A DNA stretch of 64,000 nt from Vicinamibacteraceae bacterium (GTDB lineage Bacteria; Acidobacteriota; Vicinamibacteria; Vicinamibacterales; JAFNAJ01), in the NCBI GenBank assembly GCA_039812685.1, contig JBDIBB010000001.1, positions 44,203 through 108,202 of the forward strand, read 5' to 3'. The notes beneath the pieces were generated by a model. The model did not search any database. It had not been told where the DNA came from and saw nothing but the letters and a program-made list of their open reading frames with translations. Below, piece after piece: positions 61,735 to 64,000 of this stretch. A program made the position numbers and the translations under genes. Positions within the stretch are counted from its first letter, which is position 1. Each line of letters starts with the position of its first letter.

Positions 61735-62193
61735 ATGAGCGACGGCGGGATCGCGCTCGCCCTGACGGCCGTCGCGCTCGTCGCGCCGCTGGCGTGGCGC
61801 GTGGTGAGGCTGCTGCGCGAACCCTGGGACTCGCCGCAGCGGGTGGTGGGCGAGCTCCGGCTGGCCCAGATGGCCGGCATGGTGCTGGTGTTCGTGGCCG
61901 CCGCGCACGCCGGGCTCGCCATCGCGCGCCTCGATGTCCCCGGCGCGGGGCTCGAGATCGCGCTGGCCGTGGGCTTTCTCGTCCTGGCATCAACCGCCAT
62001 ACTCCGGGATCCGCCCGAGGCTCTCGTCTGGCTCGCCCTGGCGTTTCTCGGTCACGCCGTGATCGACGTGCTGCACCGGCCGGGCCTGCTGCCGGAAGAG
62101 CTGGTGCCGGGCTGGTTCGCCCGTGACTGCGCCATGGTGAACGTCATGGTGTCAGCCCTGTGTTACCTTACCGTCCGTCGCCACCGTGGCTGA
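61735..62193 (+). CDS. Small hypothetical membrane protein
   Basis: ATG at 61735, in frame with track ORF 60136..62193. 152 aa with about 4 hydrophobic helices. I recognise no family and the SD is weak. Confidence 0.5.
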   Translation: MSDGGIALALTAVALVAPLAWRVVRLLREPWDSPQRVVGELRLAQMAGMVLVFVAAAHAGLAIARLDVPGAGLEIALAVGFLVLASTAILRDPPEALVWLALAFLGHAVIDVLHRPGLLPEELVPGWFARDCAMVNVMVSALCYLTVRRHRG

Positions 62194-62224
62194 CTCCCGC
62201 CAGGCCATGTCCGAGGTGCAACCA

Positions 62225-63982
62225 ATGTCCTCACCCACGCTGCTCGCCCCGGGTGTCCGCGGCCTGTCCACGCGATCCTGGCTGGGGCCCGCAGCAGGGC
62301 TCATCCTGGCTGCCGCCGTGTGCGGCATGGCCGTTCCGGCGGGGGCCGACAACTCGCCGCCACGGCTCTACGTGATCGTCACCGTGGACCAGATGCGCAA
62401 CGACTACCTCGACCGCTACGGCCACATGTGGACGAAGGGGTTGCGGCGGCTGCTCGACGGCGGTGCGCGCTTCACGCAATCGGCGTACCCCTACATGAAC
62501 ACCGTGACGTGCGCGGGCCACGCGACGATCGGCACCGGTACCTTCCCGGCGACGCACGGCATGGTGCTGAACCAGTGGTTCGATCGCGCGGAGCAGCACG
62601 TCGTCCAGTGCACCGACGACGCCACGGCGCCGACGGTGCACGTCAACGGCGACGCCGCCACGGCCGCCACCGGCAACAGCGGCCGCCGCCTGCTGGTGCC
62701 CACCTTCGCCGACGAGCTGCGCGCCCAGTCGGCCATCGCTCCCCGCATCGTGTCGCTGTCGCTCAAGCCCCGCTCGGCCATCGGCATGGTGGGCCACCGC
62801 GGCGACGTCATGCTGTGGTGGGACGCCGATCACGGCTGGACCACATCCCAGGCGCTGGTCGCGGAGGTGCCGGCCTGGCTGGCCGAGTACGCCAGGACGC
62901 ACACGCCCGACGCGGAGTACGGCCGGCCGTGGACCCGGCTGCTTCCCGAAGACAGCTACCACTGGGACGACGATGTCGACAGCGAGGGCTCGCCCCACGG
63001 GTGGACGCACCAGTTTCCCCACGAGGTGACGAGCAAGAGCGGCGTGGCCGACAAGGAGTTCCGCACGAAGTGGAGCTACACGCCGGCTGCCGATGCGGCG
63101 CTGACGGGCCTGGCCGAGGCTGCCATCGACCACCTGCAACTGGGGCGCGACGCGCAGCGGCGGGACGTGCTGGCGATCAGCTACTCGGTGCTCGACCATG
63201 TCGGCCACGCCTACGGCCCGCGCAGCCACGAGGTGCAGGACGTGCTGGCCCGACTGGATGCAACCATCGGCGATCTGCTCGACCACCTCGATCGGACGGT
63301 CGGGCGCCAGAACTACGTGCTCGCCTTCACCGGCGACCACGGCGTCTCGCCGATCCCCGAGCAGATGGCGGCGTTGGGCGTCGACGCCGGGCGGATCCTC
63401 ACACAGCAGGTCCGGGAGCGCGTCGACAAGGCGCTGGAGCCGTTGTTCGGGCCGGGGCCGCACGTGGCCTCCTTCGCGTACCCCGACGTCTACTTCGTCG
63501 CCGGCCGCTACGAGAGCCTGCTGCGGAACACGGAAGCCCTGCGGACGACCATCCAGATCCTGGAATCGGTGCCCGGTGTGGCCCGCGTCTACCGCAGCGA
63601 TCAGGTCGCCGCGGGCACGGGTGAGGGTGACGCGGCCGCCAGGGCCCTTGGGTTGAGCTTCCATCCGGCACGCAGGGGCGATCTCGTGCTGGCACCGCGT
63701 GCCTACTGGATCACCACCGGATCGGTGGCCACGCACGGCTCGCTGTTCGACTACGACGCGCGTGTGCCGCTCGTCTTCTTCGGCGCCGGTGTCAAGGCGG
63801 CCCGCTACGGCATGGCAGCGTCGCCGGCCGACATCGCGCCCACGTTCGCGCACCTGGCGGGCATCACCCTGCCGAGGCCTGACGGGCACGTGCGCCTCGA
63901 GGCGTTCGACGCGGGCGCCCCGGCCGCGACATCCCCGCGCGGGCCCGGCCAGCAGACGAACTCCGGCGCGCAGACGCGCTGA
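62225..63982 (+). CDS. Alkaline-phosphatase-superfamily enzyme (type I phosphodiesterase/nucleotide pyrophosphatase family), secreted
   Basis: The ATG at 62225 has GAGG 8 nt upstream. The track starts at GTG 62186. Signal peptide, then LYVIVTVDQMRNDYLDRYG...YPYMNTVTCAGHATIGTGTFPATHGMV...SYSVLDHVGHAYGP...FTGDHG. Confidence 0.8.
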   Translation: MSSPTLLAPGVRGLSTRSWLGPAAGLILAAAVCGMAVPAGADNSPPRLYVIVTVDQMRNDYLDRYGHMWTKGLRRLLDGGARFTQSAYPYMNTVTCAGHATIGTGTFPATHGMVLNQWFDRAEQHVVQCTDDATAPTVHVNGDAATAATGNSGRRLLVPTFADELRAQSAIAPRIVSLSLKPRSAIGMVGHRGDVMLWWDADHGWTTSQALVAEVPAWLAEYARTHTPDAEYGRPWTRLLPEDSYHWDDDVDSEGSPHGWTHQFPHEVTSKSGVADKEFRTKWSYTPAADAALTGLAEAAIDHLQLGRDAQRRDVLAISYSVLDHVGHAYGPRSHEVQDVLARLDATIGDLLDHLDRTVGRQNYVLAFTGDHGVSPIPEQMAALGVDAGRILTQQVRERVDKALEPLFGPGPHVASFAYPDVYFVAGRYESLLRNTEALRTTIQILESVPGVARVYRSDQVAAGTGEGDAAARALGLSFHPARRGDLVLAPRAYWITTGSVATHGSLFDYDARVPLVFFGAGVKAARYGMAASPADIAPTFAHLAGITLPRPDGHVRLEAFDAGAPAATSPRGPGQQTNSGAQTR

Positions 63983-64000
63983 CCTGACGGCGCCTGGCCC

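Noticed and set aside
1-64000. CRISPR arrays, transposases or IS elements, prophage genes, toxin-antitoxin pairs, restriction-modification or other known defence systems.
   Set aside because: I scanned translations on both strands and looked for regularly spaced repeats and found none. The only methyltransferase (28665..29483) is a generic class I SAM enzyme with no DNA-MTase motifs (no DPPY/PCQ-type motif) and no nuclease partner.

Overview
Very GC-rich bacterial chromosomal segment (about 70% GC by eye, not computed). Both strands are densely coding, and at least ten gene pairs are joined by 4-nt ATGA/GTGA start-stop overlaps. I could support 61 CDS, one tRNA-Val(GAC), one candidate structured ncRNA, and a few promoter, terminator and palindrome candidates.

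The content is mostly core housekeeping:
- Divergent hsp20 pair, then ymdB, xseA, xseB, ispA, tlyA and nadK.
- Minus-strand run ruvX-mltG followed by a NitT/TauT-like ABC importer.
- An EnvC-like protein followed by an S41 peptidase homologue.
- The conserved block tRNA-Val, thrS, infC, rpmI, rplT, pheS, pheT, zapB-like, zapA, rny, thiL.
- A heterodimeric ABC exporter pair.
- folE, hbd, gltS, an APC permease, tsaD and mtnA.
- A nucleoside salvage operon, deoA-nupC-punA-cdd.

Gene content (rny plus ymdB, zapB/zapA, many large envelope membrane proteins) and composition suggest an Acidobacteriota- or Gemmatimonadota-like lineage. This is inference only.

I saw no CRISPR array, transposase, integrase, prophage or recognisable defence or toxin-antitoxin genes. 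The many very long Arg/Pro/Gly/Ala-rich ORFs in the track are off-frame or antisense artefacts of the high GC content.

I did not find a clear-cut novel system. The parts most worth a second look are:
1. The EnvC-like/S41 pair, in which both proteins appear to have lost their catalytic residues.
2. A roughly 200-nt strongly structured untranslated segment after zapA, a 6S RNA candidate.
3. A 7.5-kb envelope cluster of three giant uncharacterised polytopic membrane proteins (two are tandem paralogues) with a beta-barrel outer membrane protein and a secreted protein.
4. A doubled ABC-2 ATPase/permease module.
5. A split NitT/TauT-type ABC system with a free-standing AAA-associated domain protein and no binding protein.

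All family assignments come from reading motifs in the translations. No database search was run.
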